From: an uncultured Gemmatimonadaceae bacterium
GTDB taxonomy: Bacteria; Gemmatimonadota; Gemmatimonadetes; Gemmatimonadales; Gemmatimonadaceae
NCBI GenBank assembly: GCA_963822945.1
Contig: CAWGJO010000037.1
Coordinates: forward strand, 17,533 to 81,532
DNA: 64,000 nucleotides
Direction: 5' to 3'
Positions 22,397 to 32,356 of the stretch are shown here, one piece after another; position 1 is the first letter of the stretch; each line of letters opens with the position of its first letter. The position numbers and the translations under genes were made by a program. The notes under the pieces are model-generated. The model was not told where the DNA came from, made no database searches, and saw only the letters and a program-made list of their open reading frames with translations.

Positions 22397-22786
22397 ATGC
22401 GCCAAATCGCCGAGACGTTCAAGGCACTGTCCGACGAAGTTCCCATCGAGATCATGACCCTCCTCTTCCGCCACGGCGAGTTGTGTCTGTGCGACGTGGA
22501 GGCGATTCTGGCGCCGCCGGAATCCGAAGCAACCCGTCACCTGCATGCGCTCTGCGCCGCCGGATTGCTGGAGGAACGCGGCGAGGGCTTCTGGGCGCAC
22601 TATCGCATACCCCCCCGACCCTCACCGGACTCGCGAGTCGTGCTCGACGCATTGCGCGCCCTGGTCACGGACGCGCGCGCGGCCGACCTCAATGCCCGGT
22701 ACGAGCGTTGGATGGCGGAGAAGGAGTTCGCGGGCCTGGTGATGCCCGGCGAGTGCTGCCACCGGGCTCGCGAGACGAACGCGTAA
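22397..22786 (+). CDS. ArsR/SmtB-family regulator
   Basis: FKALSD...GELCLCD...RHL..L..AGLL; C-terminal CC. Confidence 0.8.
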   Translation: MRQIAETFKALSDEVPIEIMTLLFRHGELCLCDVEAILAPPESEATRHLHALCAAGLLEERGEGFWAHYRIPPRPSPDSRVVLDALRALVTDARAADLNARYERWMAEKEFAGLVMPGECCHRARETNA

Positions 22787-22976
22787 CGCGCGAAGTCGGT
22801 CTCCCAGATCACCCGAAGGCAACACGCGGTTCTCCGCCGCCGATCCGCGCGGCCGGGTCCCATTCAGCCGCGCCTGTTGAGCCGACGCAAGCCGCGGGAC
22901 GGTTGCGGACGGCGCCGTTCCGATGCAGCATCCACGCGATCGGCCCCCGCACGCCATTTCATTGGAGAGTCCCGTC

Positions 22977-23777
22977 ATGAAGGCGCCCGCCGCCATTGCC
23001 GTCCTGTTGCTCGTCTGCGCCGCCGCCCCGGCCACTGCGCAGGGTACCAAGCCCCGTCCCGAAGACACCGAGGTCTGGAAGCCCGTCCCCCGCGTCGTCA
23101 CGCCGGGCCGCACGGATCTCGATGCGCCATCCGACGCAGTCGTCCTCTTCAACGGCCACGACGAGAGCCAGTGGGTGGATGTGCGCGATCACTCGCCCGC
23201 CAAGTGGGACGTGCACGACGGCATCCTCACGGTGAACAAGCACGCCGGGAACATCGAGACCAAGCGCTCGTTCACCAACTACCAGTTGCACCTCGAGTGG
23301 CGTGTGCCCGAGGGGATCACCGGTTCCGGGCAGGCGCGCGGCAACAGCGGTGTCTTTCTCGCGTCCACCGGGCCGGGCGACGACGGCTACGAGATCCAGG
23401 TGCTCGACTCGTACGACAACGCCACGTACGTGAACGGACAGGCGGCGGCGATCTACAAACAGTACCCGCCGCTGGTGAACGCCATGCGCAAGCCGGGCCA
23501 GTGGAACGTGTACGACATCATCTGGACGGCGCCCACGTTCAAGGCCGACGGCTCGCTGGACACGCCGGCGTACGTGACCGCGTTCCAGAACGGCGTGCTG
23601 GTGCAGGACCACGTGCCCCTGTTGGGACCCACGCTCTACATCGGCAAGCCGTCGTACAAGGCGCACGGGCCGGAACCAATCAAGCTGCAGGCGCACGGCG
23701 ATCCGAGCGCGCCGATCAGCTTCCGCAACATCTGGGTGCGGCCGCTGCCCGACAAACCGCAGGTGCACGTGCCGTAG
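22977..23777 (+). CDS. DUF1080 (3-keto-disaccharide hydrolase) secreted protein
   Basis: PSDAVVLFNG, QLHLEW, GNSGVFL, YEIQVLDS, LQAHG...FRNIWVR. Confidence 0.9.
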   Translation: MKAPAAIAVLLLVCAAAPATAQGTKPRPEDTEVWKPVPRVVTPGRTDLDAPSDAVVLFNGHDESQWVDVRDHSPAKWDVHDGILTVNKHAGNIETKRSFTNYQLHLEWRVPEGITGSGQARGNSGVFLASTGPGDDGYEIQVLDSYDNATYVNGQAAAIYKQYPPLVNAMRKPGQWNVYDIIWTAPTFKADGSLDTPAYVTAFQNGVLVQDHVPLLGPTLYIGKPSYKAHGPEPIKLQAHGDPSAPISFRNIWVRPLPDKPQVHVP

Positions 23778-23884
23778 CTCACTGACGAAACGCCGGGCCG
23801 GTACTAGTTCCGGGGGCGGTCTTTTCGGGCACCGGGGCGGACGCGCGTCACCTCGCCCGACGCTCGCTCGTCATCCTCGCGTCT

Positions 23885-25108
23885 ATGCTGAAGCAGAAGC
23901 TGAGGGCCCTCGTCTTCCCCGAGGGCGTCCTGCTCGCCGCCGTGGTGGCGCTGGTCCATTGGGGTGCGGCGGATCCCTCGGCGGCGCCCATCGTCCGGGC
24001 CTACCCCATCGTCGTCCTCGTCGCGGGCACGCTGCTCGCCTGGCGCTTCCGGCGCGGGCGTCTGGTGGTGGCGCTCGCCGCGCTCGTGCTCGCCGATGGC
24101 GCCATGCTCCGCCTCACCCCGCTCGCTCCGGAGGCGGTGCACGCCGCGCCGGCCGTGGTGCGGGCGGTGGCAATCCTGCTCCCCTTCACGTTCGCGATCC
24201 TGGCATTTCTCGGGGAACGCGGGCTGTTCACGAAGCCGGGGCTGCGCCGGCTCGCCATGCTCGCCCTCCCGGCGGCGATGGTGGTGGGCGTGTGGGTGGC
24301 CTCCGACGCCTACCCGCAGCGTACCGCGCGCGTGGTCGACTTCGCGATCCTCCCGCCGCAGTCGGTGGCCTGGCTGCCCCTCGGGCAGATCGCGACCCTG
24401 GGCGCGCTGCTGGCCGTTGCCGCGCTCGTGGTGCGCACGCTGTGGCGCCCCGACTTCGAGAGCCGGGGATTCCTCTGGGCAGCGGTGGGGAGCGTCATCG
24501 CCGCGAGCGTGGTCGCGGCGGGCGGGCAGACCACGTTGTACCTGGCCAACGCGGGGCTCGTGCTCGTGGTCGCCACCGTCGAGGCCGCCTACACCATGGC
24601 GTACCACGACGAACTCACCGGCCTGCCGGCCCGCCGCGCGCTGCGCGACGAGCTGATGCAGATGAACGGCACGTACACGATTGCCATGGTCGACGTGGAT
24701 CACTTCAAGCGCTTCAACGACGACCACGGCCACGCCGCCGGCGACCAGGTGCTGCGTCTCGTAGCAGCCTGTCTCGGCCGCGTGGGCGGTGGGCGCGCCT
24801 ACCGGTACGGAGGTGAGGAGTTCGCCGTGCTGTTTCGCGGCAAGAACGTCATCGAGAGCGCACCGTATCTGGAGAAGCTGCGCGAGTCGGTGGCCGAGTC
24901 GGCATTCATGGTTCGTGGGCCCGGACGCCCCCGCCGCAAGCCGAAGTCGGGGCGCGCCCGTGCGTCGAAGACCCGTCGCGTCGTGGTCACGGTGAGCATC
25001 GGTGCGGCCCACTCGCGCGGCACCGCCGCGCCCTCCGACGTGCTCAAGGCGGCGGACAAGGCCCTCTACCGGGCGAAGGAGGGCGGGCGCAATCGCGTGG
25101 AGTGGTGA
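23885..25108 (+). CDS. Membrane-bound diguanylate cyclase
   Basis: Multi-TM N-terminus; DELTGL, DVDHFKRFND, YRYGGEEF, ADKALYRAK. Confidence 0.92.
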   Translation: MLKQKLRALVFPEGVLLAAVVALVHWGAADPSAAPIVRAYPIVVLVAGTLLAWRFRRGRLVVALAALVLADGAMLRLTPLAPEAVHAAPAVVRAVAILLPFTFAILAFLGERGLFTKPGLRRLAMLALPAAMVVGVWVASDAYPQRTARVVDFAILPPQSVAWLPLGQIATLGALLAVAALVVRTLWRPDFESRGFLWAAVGSVIAASVVAAGGQTTLYLANAGLVLVVATVEAAYTMAYHDELTGLPARRALRDELMQMNGTYTIAMVDVDHFKRFNDDHGHAAGDQVLRLVAACLGRVGGGRAYRYGGEEFAVLFRGKNVIESAPYLEKLRESVAESAFMVRGPGRPRRKPKSGRARASKTRRVVVTVSIGAAHSRGTAAPSDVLKAADKALYRAKEGGRNRVEW

Positions 25109-25218
25109 GCGCGCCCCCCGATTCGCCTGCAGGGCATGGTCCGAACGCCGCGGTGTGGTCGAAAATCAAGGTATGATACGCGACCCCGTGGCTACGGCCG
25201 GGCTCTTGCCGGCCGCCG

Positions 25219-27678
25219 CTATTCCGCCCGCAGCACGGCGTTCGGGTTCACCCGCGTCGCCCGGCGCGCCGGCAGCAGACAGGCCAGCGTGGCGGCGAGC
25301 AGCACCGCGCCCGCCGCCGTACCGAGGGGCAGCGCATTGTGGGCGCCGATGCCGTAGAGCAGGCTCTGCAACAGGCGACCGCCGGCCAGCGCAGCGACCA
25401 GTCCCACCAGCGTCCCCAGCCCCACGGGCGCCAGGGCCTGGCGGGCGATCAACCCGCGAATGGCACCGGCCGGCGCGCCGAGCGCGAGCCGGATCGCCAA
25501 TTCCTTGCGGCGCTGCGCCACGTTGTGGGCCACCAGCGCGTACACCCCGATTGCAGCGAGCAGCAGCGCCAGACCGGCAAAGGTCAGGAGCAGCGTGAAC
25601 TGATAGCGCTGCGGCGCCGTCGCCGTGTTCCGCAGCGCGTCCAGGGGCCCGATCTCGGGAATCGGCGCGTTCGGCGCCAGCTTCCAAACCGCCGCGCGCA
25701 GCGGGCCCGCGATCGCGCTCACCGGGAGGGAGGTCCGCAGCACCAGGGAGAACGAGCCGGGATCCCAGTTCCAGTATGGCTCATACAGCACCGGAGGCGC
25801 GGCCGAGGTGAGGGTGCCGTCCAGGACGTCGGCCGCCACGCCCACGATCTCCGCCGTCGCATCGTTGACCACGATGGGCTGCCCCACCAGGGTGCGCGGG
25901 TCGCGGCCCGGCCAGAGCATCCGTGCCGTCGCCGCGGATATGACCACCGTCTGGTGCATTCGCTGCCTGGCGGAGTCGGACTTGGGGGGCCAGCCCGCCG
26001 GTCGGTCGCTCTCGCGGAAATCCCGCCCCGCGATCATCGGAATCTTCATCGTCGCGAAGTACCGGCCGCCGATGAATCGCACATTCACACCGGGCTGCTG
26101 CCCCGTGGGATATCGCTTGCCCGGCACTCCCGCGAAGTCGATCCAGGTCTCGCCCTGCAGCGGCAGGTGCGAGGTCAGCCCCGCGGCCTGCACGCCCGGG
26201 ATCGCCTCCACCGCACCGGTGATCTGCTGCAGGATCCGGTCGCGCCCCGCGGCGTCGTAGCTCCAGGTCACCACGCGCGCCTCGACCGCCTGCGCGCTCG
26301 AGAATCCGACCGGCCTGGTCATCAGCTGGTAGAGGCTGAGACCGAGCAGCCCGGCCGCGGCCATGAGCAGCGTCGTGAGCGCCGCCTGCAGAGCGATCAG
26401 TCCCTGACGCGAGCGCACGCTCGCCGGGCCCGAGGTGGTGGCCGTGGCCGTCGCCTTGAGCGAATCCTGCGGATCGCCGCGTCCCACACGCAGTGCCGGC
26501 AGCAATCCGGTGAGCAGTCCGGAAATGGCCGAGAGGAGCAGTCCGACCGCCAGCACGCGCCAGTCGACGTGCACCTGGGCCAGCCGCGGAATGTCCGCGG
26601 GTGCGAGCGCCAGCAGCCCCCGGAGGCCGATCGCCGCGAACGCCATGCCGGCTATGCCGCCCACCAGCCCGAGCGCGAGCCCCTCGCCCAGCACCTGCCG
26701 CGCCAGCCGTGTCGGGTCCGCGCCGAGTGCGATCCTGATGGCCCAGTCCCGCCGGCGGTCGACGACACGGCTCACCCAGAGGCCGCCAAGGTTGACGCTG
26801 ATGATCAGAAGGACGGCGCCCACCGCACCGAGCAGGAGCCAGAGCGCCTGCCGGGAGCTCTGCGTGGCGTAGACGAGCACTGGCATGACCTCGCCCTCCA
26901 GGGTCATGCCGGGCGCGGGGTCGGGTGCATTGGCCGCCAGGTTCCGCTGAATCACGTTGATCTGGGCCAGCGCCTGTTCGACGGTGACGCCCTGCTTCAG
27001 CCGTCCGATGACGGTGTAGTTGAAGTTCGACCACACCGACTTCAGGTCGGTGCCGAGGTTCGGCGAGAATGCGAAGGGGAGGAAGAATTCGGTCGGCTTG
27101 CCGGCCGTCATCGGTCCCAGCACGCTGCCCGCGAAGCGAAAGTTCGCCGGCAGAACGCCGATCACGCGCGCTTCGTGTCCCGGCGCTCCCACCATGCGCC
27201 CGACGATCGTGGGATCGGCGTCGAAGGCCGACCGCCAGAGCGCGTCGGTGATCACCATCGGGCGGCTGCTGTCGCCGGCATCCGCGGCAGCGAACAGGCG
27301 TCCGATCTCCGGTTTCGCCTTGAGGACGTCGAAGAAGCCGGCGGTGACCCGCACGCCATCGAGTACGCGTGGCGCGCCGTGTCCGGCGAGCGTGAACGAC
27401 GTGCTCTGCAGCGCGGCCATTGCCTGAAAGTCCGTGGCCTGCGACTGCCACGCCGTGAATGCCGAGGGGGTATCGAAGAAGTGGAACTGCGCGGACTGCT
27501 GCGGTCTGTTCGGAACGCTCTCGCCCACGAGCACGAGCTGCTGCGGGTCGGGGAACGGCAGCGGGCGAAGCAGCACGCCGTTCACCACCGAGAAGATGGC
27601 CGTGGTGGCACCGACTCCGACGGCCAGCATCGCCACCGCCAGGACGTGAAACGCAGAAATCCGACGCAACATTCGCAT
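25219..27678 (-). CDS. ADOP/MacB-FtsX duplicated ABC permease
   Basis: LAVGVGATTAIFSVVNGVLLRPLP...GVYALVAHNVAQRRKELAIRLALGA. Confidence 0.92.
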   Translation of the reverse strand: MRMLRRISAFHVLAVAMLAVGVGATTAIFSVVNGVLLRPLPFPDPQQLVLVGESVPNRPQQSAQFHFFDTPSAFTAWQSQATDFQAMAALQSTSFTLAGHGAPRVLDGVRVTAGFFDVLKAKPEIGRLFAAADAGDSSRPMVITDALWRSAFDADPTIVGRMVGAPGHEARVIGVLPANFRFAGSVLGPMTAGKPTEFFLPFAFSPNLGTDLKSVWSNFNYTVIGRLKQGVTVEQALAQINVIQRNLAANAPDPAPGMTLEGEVMPVLVYATQSSRQALWLLLGAVGAVLLIISVNLGGLWVSRVVDRRRDWAIRIALGADPTRLARQVLGEGLALGLVGGIAGMAFAAIGLRGLLALAPADIPRLAQVHVDWRVLAVGLLLSAISGLLTGLLPALRVGRGDPQDSLKATATATTSGPASVRSRQGLIALQAALTTLLMAAAGLLGLSLYQLMTRPVGFSSAQAVEARVVTWSYDAAGRDRILQQITGAVEAIPGVQAAGLTSHLPLQGETWIDFAGVPGKRYPTGQQPGVNVRFIGGRYFATMKIPMIAGRDFRESDRPAGWPPKSDSARQRMHQTVVISAATARMLWPGRDPRTLVGQPIVVNDATAEIVGVAADVLDGTLTSAAPPVLYEPYWNWDPGSFSLVLRTSLPVSAIAGPLRAAVWKLAPNAPIPEIGPLDALRNTATAPQRYQFTLLLTFAGLALLLAAIGVYALVAHNVAQRRKELAIRLALGAPAGAIRGLIARQALAPVGLGTLVGLVAALAGGRLLQSLLYGIGAHNALPLGTAAGAVLLAATLACLLPARRATRVNPNAVLRAE

Positions 27679-27781
27679 GCTCCCTCTTCCGAGAATTGGC
27701 CCCAGTACGGGCGCGATCGCGCGGCAGTTTCAGGCCGGGCTGGTGCCGGATCGCGGGGTCCGGGATTGCCGGGCTGGCGGG

Positions 27782-27813
27782 CGCTCCCGAGTGTCCGACA
27801 GCACTCGGGAGCG
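27782..27813. promoter_or_regulatory. Perfect 12-bp inverted repeat between two permease genes (operator or terminator)
   Basis: CGCTCCCGAGTG-N8-CACTCGGGAGCG. Confidence 0.5.
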
Positions 27814-27876
27814 AAAGGTTTGATTCCGGGGCGGTGCGGTGGTCGTCGGCTGGTCCGGGGCCTGGCCGCCCCAATT

Positions 27877-30381
27877 TCACTCAGCGCCGAGCGTACTCGC
27901 CGGATCGACATGAGCGGCTCGGGCCGCAGGCGCATATGCGGCGACGCCGGCGGTAACGACCAGCGCCACGACCACGCCGGCGAACGTCAGCGGATCCGTC
28001 GTGCGCACCTCGTACAGCACCGACCCGAGTAACCGCGTTCCTGCGTAAGAGAGCGCCGTCCCGACAACGATGCCGAGTGCCAGGATATACGCCGCCTGCC
28101 GCACGATCAGCGCCCGCACCTCGGCCGGCGTCGCGCCGAGCGCGATTCGGATGGCGATCTCTCGCCGACGCTCGCGGACCGCCGCGGCGAGCAGTCCGTA
28201 CAGGCCGACGGCCGAGAGGAACAGGGCCGCACCGGCCAGGGCAACGAGGGTGTCCGCCAGAAAGCGTGGCCTGGAGAGCTGTTGGCCGACCAGCGCACCG
28301 CCGGTGGTGACGTCGCGGATACCGAACGACGGGTTGCTATGGCGGAGAATACGCTTGAGCGGTGCGAGCGCGACGCTCGGGTCGTCGCCGCTGGTCCGTA
28401 CGGCGAGGAACATCGGGGCCGCTGCCGTTTGCCGCACGGGCACATAGACCGTGGGCTCGGGCGGGGACGTGACGCCTCGGAAGCGCGTGTTCGCCGCCAT
28501 GCCGATCACGGTGCGCCAGGGTTGGGTGCTGTCCGACGGATTGAGCCGCACCCGGAGCCCGATCGGGTCGCGTCCCGGCCACTCTCTCCGGGCGAATGCC
28601 TCGTTGACCACGGCCACGGCCGGCGCGCCGGCGCGATCACCCGCCGCAAAATCCCGCCCTCGGAGCAGGGCAATGCCCATGGTGCGGAAGTGCGAAGGGA
28701 GCCCTGCCTGCCACGCGACGCGCGGCAATTGCGACGTGTCGCGAGCCGTCGCGCCACTGGCGACAACCGGCAGCTCGTATGCCGTGCCGGACAGCGGCCG
28801 CACGAGGAGTGTGGTCACGCCGACGATCCCGTGCACCTTCGGAAGTTGGGACGACATGGCGTCGAGCACGGCGTCGTACCGGGCTGCGCCCAGCGCCCAG
28901 CTCTGCGTATGCGCGTCGAAGGGCGTCATGTCCTCGAGCCCGACAACGAGCAGCGACTGCGGCGTGAACCCAAGGTCAACCCGCTGGAGGCGGTCGAGGC
29001 TTCGCGCCAGGAGGCCGGCGCCCGTGAGCACGACGACGGCCAGCGCGACCTGCGCGGCGACGATCAGCCGCCGACCGCGCTCCTCGTGGCGGCGGCCGCT
29101 GATCCTGCTGCCCCCGGTGCGGAGGCCGACCTCGGGATCCGACCGCGTGGCAAGGAGCGCGGGGGCGAAACCGAACGCGAGCACGGCGGCGAGCGTGAGC
29201 GCCACGGCGAAGGCGAGCACCGGAAAGTCGAGGCGGATGCCTGCGGGAGGGAGGAGCCCCGATGGTGCTACGCGTGGCGCGATTCGCAGTAGTGCGACCG
29301 CCATCCACACGCCCAGCGCTCCCGCGCTGGCGCCGAGCAGCGCGTGTTCGGTGAGCAATTGGCGGATGAGCCGGCCGCGGCCGGCCCCCAGCGCCGACCG
29401 GAGGGCCAACTCGGAACGCCGCGCGAGGCCGCGCGTCACGAGCAAACCGGCGGCGTTGGTGAGCGCGATCAACAGCACGAGCGCCACCGCAAGCGAGAGA
29501 ATCACGAGCGCGGGTCGCACATTCCCGACCACGCGTTCCGCGAACAACTGGGCGTGCGCGACGCGAGCAGTGGAGTCACCGAGCGATCGGGCCGGATAGC
29601 GCTCGAGGTAGCTCGCGAATGCGGCACGTGCCTGCGCGAGTGTGACGCCCGGGCGCAGTCGAGCCACGACTTGCGTGGGGAACCCGGCGTCGGGGCCGGG
29701 CGCGCCGGGGAACATGCGCTCAACCGGAGCCATGGCCACCCAGACGTCGGTTCCAGCGGGATAGTCGAAGCCCGCCGGCGCGACGCCGACGATGGTCTCC
29801 GGTCCGTTGATCATGGCAATGGACGTTCCGATCACCGAGCTGTCGCCGCCGAAGTCGCGTTGCCACGCACGGTAGCTGAGGACCACGGATGGGCCTGCCC
29901 CCGGCGCATCGTCGGCCGAACTCAGCAGACGGCCGGCGGCGGGGAGCGCGCCGAGGACGGGGAAGAACTCGCCGCCGACGAACATCGCCGTCACCGGGAA
30001 CAGCCGATCGCCGAAGCGCGCCGCGAACGGCACCGTTCCCTGCAGGGCGATGGGAGCGACTCGCGCGAACGCATGGCTCGATTCGGCGAGGCTGGCCACT
30101 CCGGAACTCGGCAGGCCGATGGGCGTGTTGCCCCGGGCGGCGTTGGTGGCCGAGAGGACGACGACTCGGTTCTGATCGCGAATGGGGAGCGGGCGTAGGA
30201 GGACCGCATCGATGACACCGAACGCAGCGGTCGTGGCGCCGATCCCGATGGCCAGCGTCAGCAGCAGGACGAGGGTGAGGCCGCGGCTCTTGAGCAGTAT
30301 CCGGACGCCGAAGAGAAGATCGTGGCGCAGTGCATCGAAGTGTCGCGGGCGGTTCTGCGGCGTAGCGGAATTCTTGGGCAT
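27877..30381 (-). CDS. ADOP/MacB-FtsX duplicated ABC permease
   Basis: HDLLFGVRILLK...LAIGIGATT...RRREIAIRIALGA...VDP. Confidence 0.92.
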   Translation of the reverse strand: MPKNSATPQNRPRHFDALRHDLLFGVRILLKSRGLTLVLLLTLAIGIGATTAAFGVIDAVLLRPLPIRDQNRVVVLSATNAARGNTPIGLPSSGVASLAESSHAFARVAPIALQGTVPFAARFGDRLFPVTAMFVGGEFFPVLGALPAAGRLLSSADDAPGAGPSVVLSYRAWQRDFGGDSSVIGTSIAMINGPETIVGVAPAGFDYPAGTDVWVAMAPVERMFPGAPGPDAGFPTQVVARLRPGVTLAQARAAFASYLERYPARSLGDSTARVAHAQLFAERVVGNVRPALVILSLAVALVLLIALTNAAGLLVTRGLARRSELALRSALGAGRGRLIRQLLTEHALLGASAGALGVWMAVALLRIAPRVAPSGLLPPAGIRLDFPVLAFAVALTLAAVLAFGFAPALLATRSDPEVGLRTGGSRISGRRHEERGRRLIVAAQVALAVVVLTGAGLLARSLDRLQRVDLGFTPQSLLVVGLEDMTPFDAHTQSWALGAARYDAVLDAMSSQLPKVHGIVGVTTLLVRPLSGTAYELPVVASGATARDTSQLPRVAWQAGLPSHFRTMGIALLRGRDFAAGDRAGAPAVAVVNEAFARREWPGRDPIGLRVRLNPSDSTQPWRTVIGMAANTRFRGVTSPPEPTVYVPVRQTAAAPMFLAVRTSGDDPSVALAPLKRILRHSNPSFGIRDVTTGGALVGQQLSRPRFLADTLVALAGAALFLSAVGLYGLLAAAVRERRREIAIRIALGATPAEVRALIVRQAAYILALGIVVGTALSYAGTRLLGSVLYEVRTTDPLTFAGVVVALVVTAGVAAYAPAARAAHVDPASTLGAE

Positions 30382-30537
30382 GGGCCATCCCCACGTGAAG
30401 GACGACTGTGCACAAAATCGTATGCGCTGCACAGCATACGAGTTCGCCGCGTCGATCGCCAGGTGCGGCTGGAGTCGCGGGCCGGCCCTCGATTGTCGCG
30501 GAAGTGGCAGCGTGGGTTACAACGAGCCCAGTTGTTC

Positions 30538-30588
30538 GTTATAGAAGACGACTGTATGTTATAAAAGACGTTCGTCTCTTATACAACA
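30538..30588. promoter_or_regulatory. AT-rich direct + inverted repeat operator upstream of the HTH gene
   Basis: GTTATAGAAGACG (30538), GTTATAAAAGACG (30558) and inverted CGTCTCTTATAC (30573). Confidence 0.6.
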
Positions 30589-30609
30589 CACTCCGTCCAA
30601 CCATCACCC

Positions 30610-31599
30610 ATGCGACCACCCGCCAAGCACCAGAGCGCCCGGCGCTATCCGCTGAACGCCATGCTCGGCACTGAAGCGAACGTCCGTCTGCTCCGGGTGC
30701 TGTTCGCGGCCGGGGATGAGCCGCTCGGGGCCGGTGAGTTGGCCCGCCGAGCGGCGCTCGGCCGCACGTCCATCTACAAGGCATTGCGCCATCTGGAGGA
30801 GGCCGGGATCGTGAGCCACGTCGGCACCGGGGCCCAGCGTCAGATCCGCATACGGGACGAGCACCCGTTGGTGCCGGTGCTGCATGCGCTGTTCGAGGGG
30901 GAGGCGTCGGTGTTCGACGGATTACTCGCCGCGCTACGTGAGGCCGCGGCGAAGGTCCCCGACGCTACGTCGGTCTGGCTCGAAGGGCCGGTCACCACCG
31001 GCACGGATGCTCCGGATGAACTGGTGACGTGCACCGTGCTCGGAACGTCCGATGCCCTGCCACGCCTCACGGCCGGACTCCGGGACGCCTTCGCTCCGAT
31101 CGAGCGTGCCTTCGACGTGACGATCTCCATCCATGGCACGACGCGCGCGGAGTTGGCAATGCGATCGGGGGGCGGTGTGCGCGCGCTAAGCGACGCCATT
31201 CTGCTCGCGGGCACGCCGCCCGCGGCGTTTCACGCCGCGACCCGATCGCAGCCTGCAAAGCGCCGGCACGTCGGGGCACACAGTGACCTCGACACGCAGG
31301 CCGTGGCACTCGGTGCCGCGCTCGCGAAGCTGATCAGGCGCGATCCCGGCCTCGTCGATCGTGCGCGGCGCGACGTCGAGCGCCGCATGCGGCGTGCGTC
31401 ACCGCGCGAGCGGCACGAACTCGAGGAGTGGTCCCAGTTGCTCCGTAACACGTCTCCACACCGCCTTCGCGCGCTGCTCATCGATCCGGGGGAACGCATG
31501 ACGCGACTGCGGCAGACGCTGCCGTTCATGCGCGTGCTTGCAGCAGACGAGCGCGCGAGTCTGGCGAAGCTGACGCGAGAGGTGAGGGGCAAGGAATGA
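30610..31599 (+). CDS. Winged-HTH + degenerate nucleotidyltransferase-like + helical C-terminal domain protein (putative antitoxin)
   Basis: GELARRAALGRTSIYKALRHLEEAGIV; SVWLEGPVTTGTDAPD; C-terminal EEW..LL...RLRQTLPF. Confidence 0.6.
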   Translation: MRPPAKHQSARRYPLNAMLGTEANVRLLRVLFAAGDEPLGAGELARRAALGRTSIYKALRHLEEAGIVSHVGTGAQRQIRIRDEHPLVPVLHALFEGEASVFDGLLAALREAAAKVPDATSVWLEGPVTTGTDAPDELVTCTVLGTSDALPRLTAGLRDAFAPIERAFDVTISIHGTTRAELAMRSGGGVRALSDAILLAGTPPAAFHAATRSQPAKRRHVGAHSDLDTQAVALGAALAKLIRRDPGLVDRARRDVERRMRRASPRERHELEEWSQLLRNTSPHRLRALLIDPGERMTRLRQTLPFMRVLAADERASLAKLTREVRGKE

Positions 31600-32150
31600 C
31601 GCGAGATCAGTTGGAGCACGCGATCCGCGCGGCCTGCGACGTCGCCGAAGACACCGAAGTGTTCGTCTTCGGTTCACAGGCGATCCTGGGGCAGTATCCC
31701 GATGCGCCGGAGGCGCTGCGGCAGTCCGCGGAGGCGGACATCGCGCCGGCGCATGCCGCCGGCAACGTCGATCTGATCGATGCGATGCTCGGCATGGAGT
31801 CCGCATTTCACGCGCAGTTCGGCTTCTACGTGCACGGCGTGCCGATCCAGGCAGCGGTACTTCCCGCTGGTTGGGAGCGGCGAGCCGTGGTAGTGCAGAA
31901 CGCGAACACGCGTCACCTGATCGGGCGCTGTGTCGAAGCCCATGATCTTGCGGCTAGCAAGCTGGTCGCATTTCGGGAAAAGGACCGGGATTTCGTCCGG
32001 GTGCTGCTCGGCGAGGGGTTGGTTCAGGCGCGAAAGCTCAGGTTGCGGATCACGCAGCTTCCGGTAGTGCCGGGACGGTTTGGTGAGGAACAACGGGCGC
32101 ACCTGATGGAATGGCTGCGGGGCACGAGCGGCGAACCGGGGCGGGGCTGA
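31596..32150 (+). CDS. DUF6036-like nucleotidyltransferase family protein (putative toxin)
   Basis: MTRDQLEHAIRAA...VFGSQAILG...SAEADI...HDLAASKL.AFREKD; ATGA overlap with the upstream gene. Confidence 0.75.
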   Translation: MTRDQLEHAIRAACDVAEDTEVFVFGSQAILGQYPDAPEALRQSAEADIAPAHAAGNVDLIDAMLGMESAFHAQFGFYVHGVPIQAAVLPAGWERRAVVVQNANTRHLIGRCVEAHDLAASKLVAFREKDRDFVRVLLGEGLVQARKLRLRITQLPVVPGRFGEEQRAHLMEWLRGTSGEPGRG

Positions 32151-32356
32151 CGGGCACCGGGGCGTTCTCCTCGACCACGGCACCGTGCATCATGAACTTG
32201 GGCGGTAGCCTGCCAACTGCGCTCGGCGCGGCGAAGGCACGTCTGCCGCACGCGGCATTAGCGGTCCGCCACGGCTCCGTTTGTCATCAGCGCAAGTCGA
32301 GGCCGACCGGTGGTTCCGCTTCGCCGACCCGTCACTCCCACCGCGCCAACCATATC

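Noticed and set aside
25339..28032. 897-aa plus-strand ORF
   Set aside because: Antisense shadow of the ADOP permease; Arg/Gly/His-rich with no motifs.
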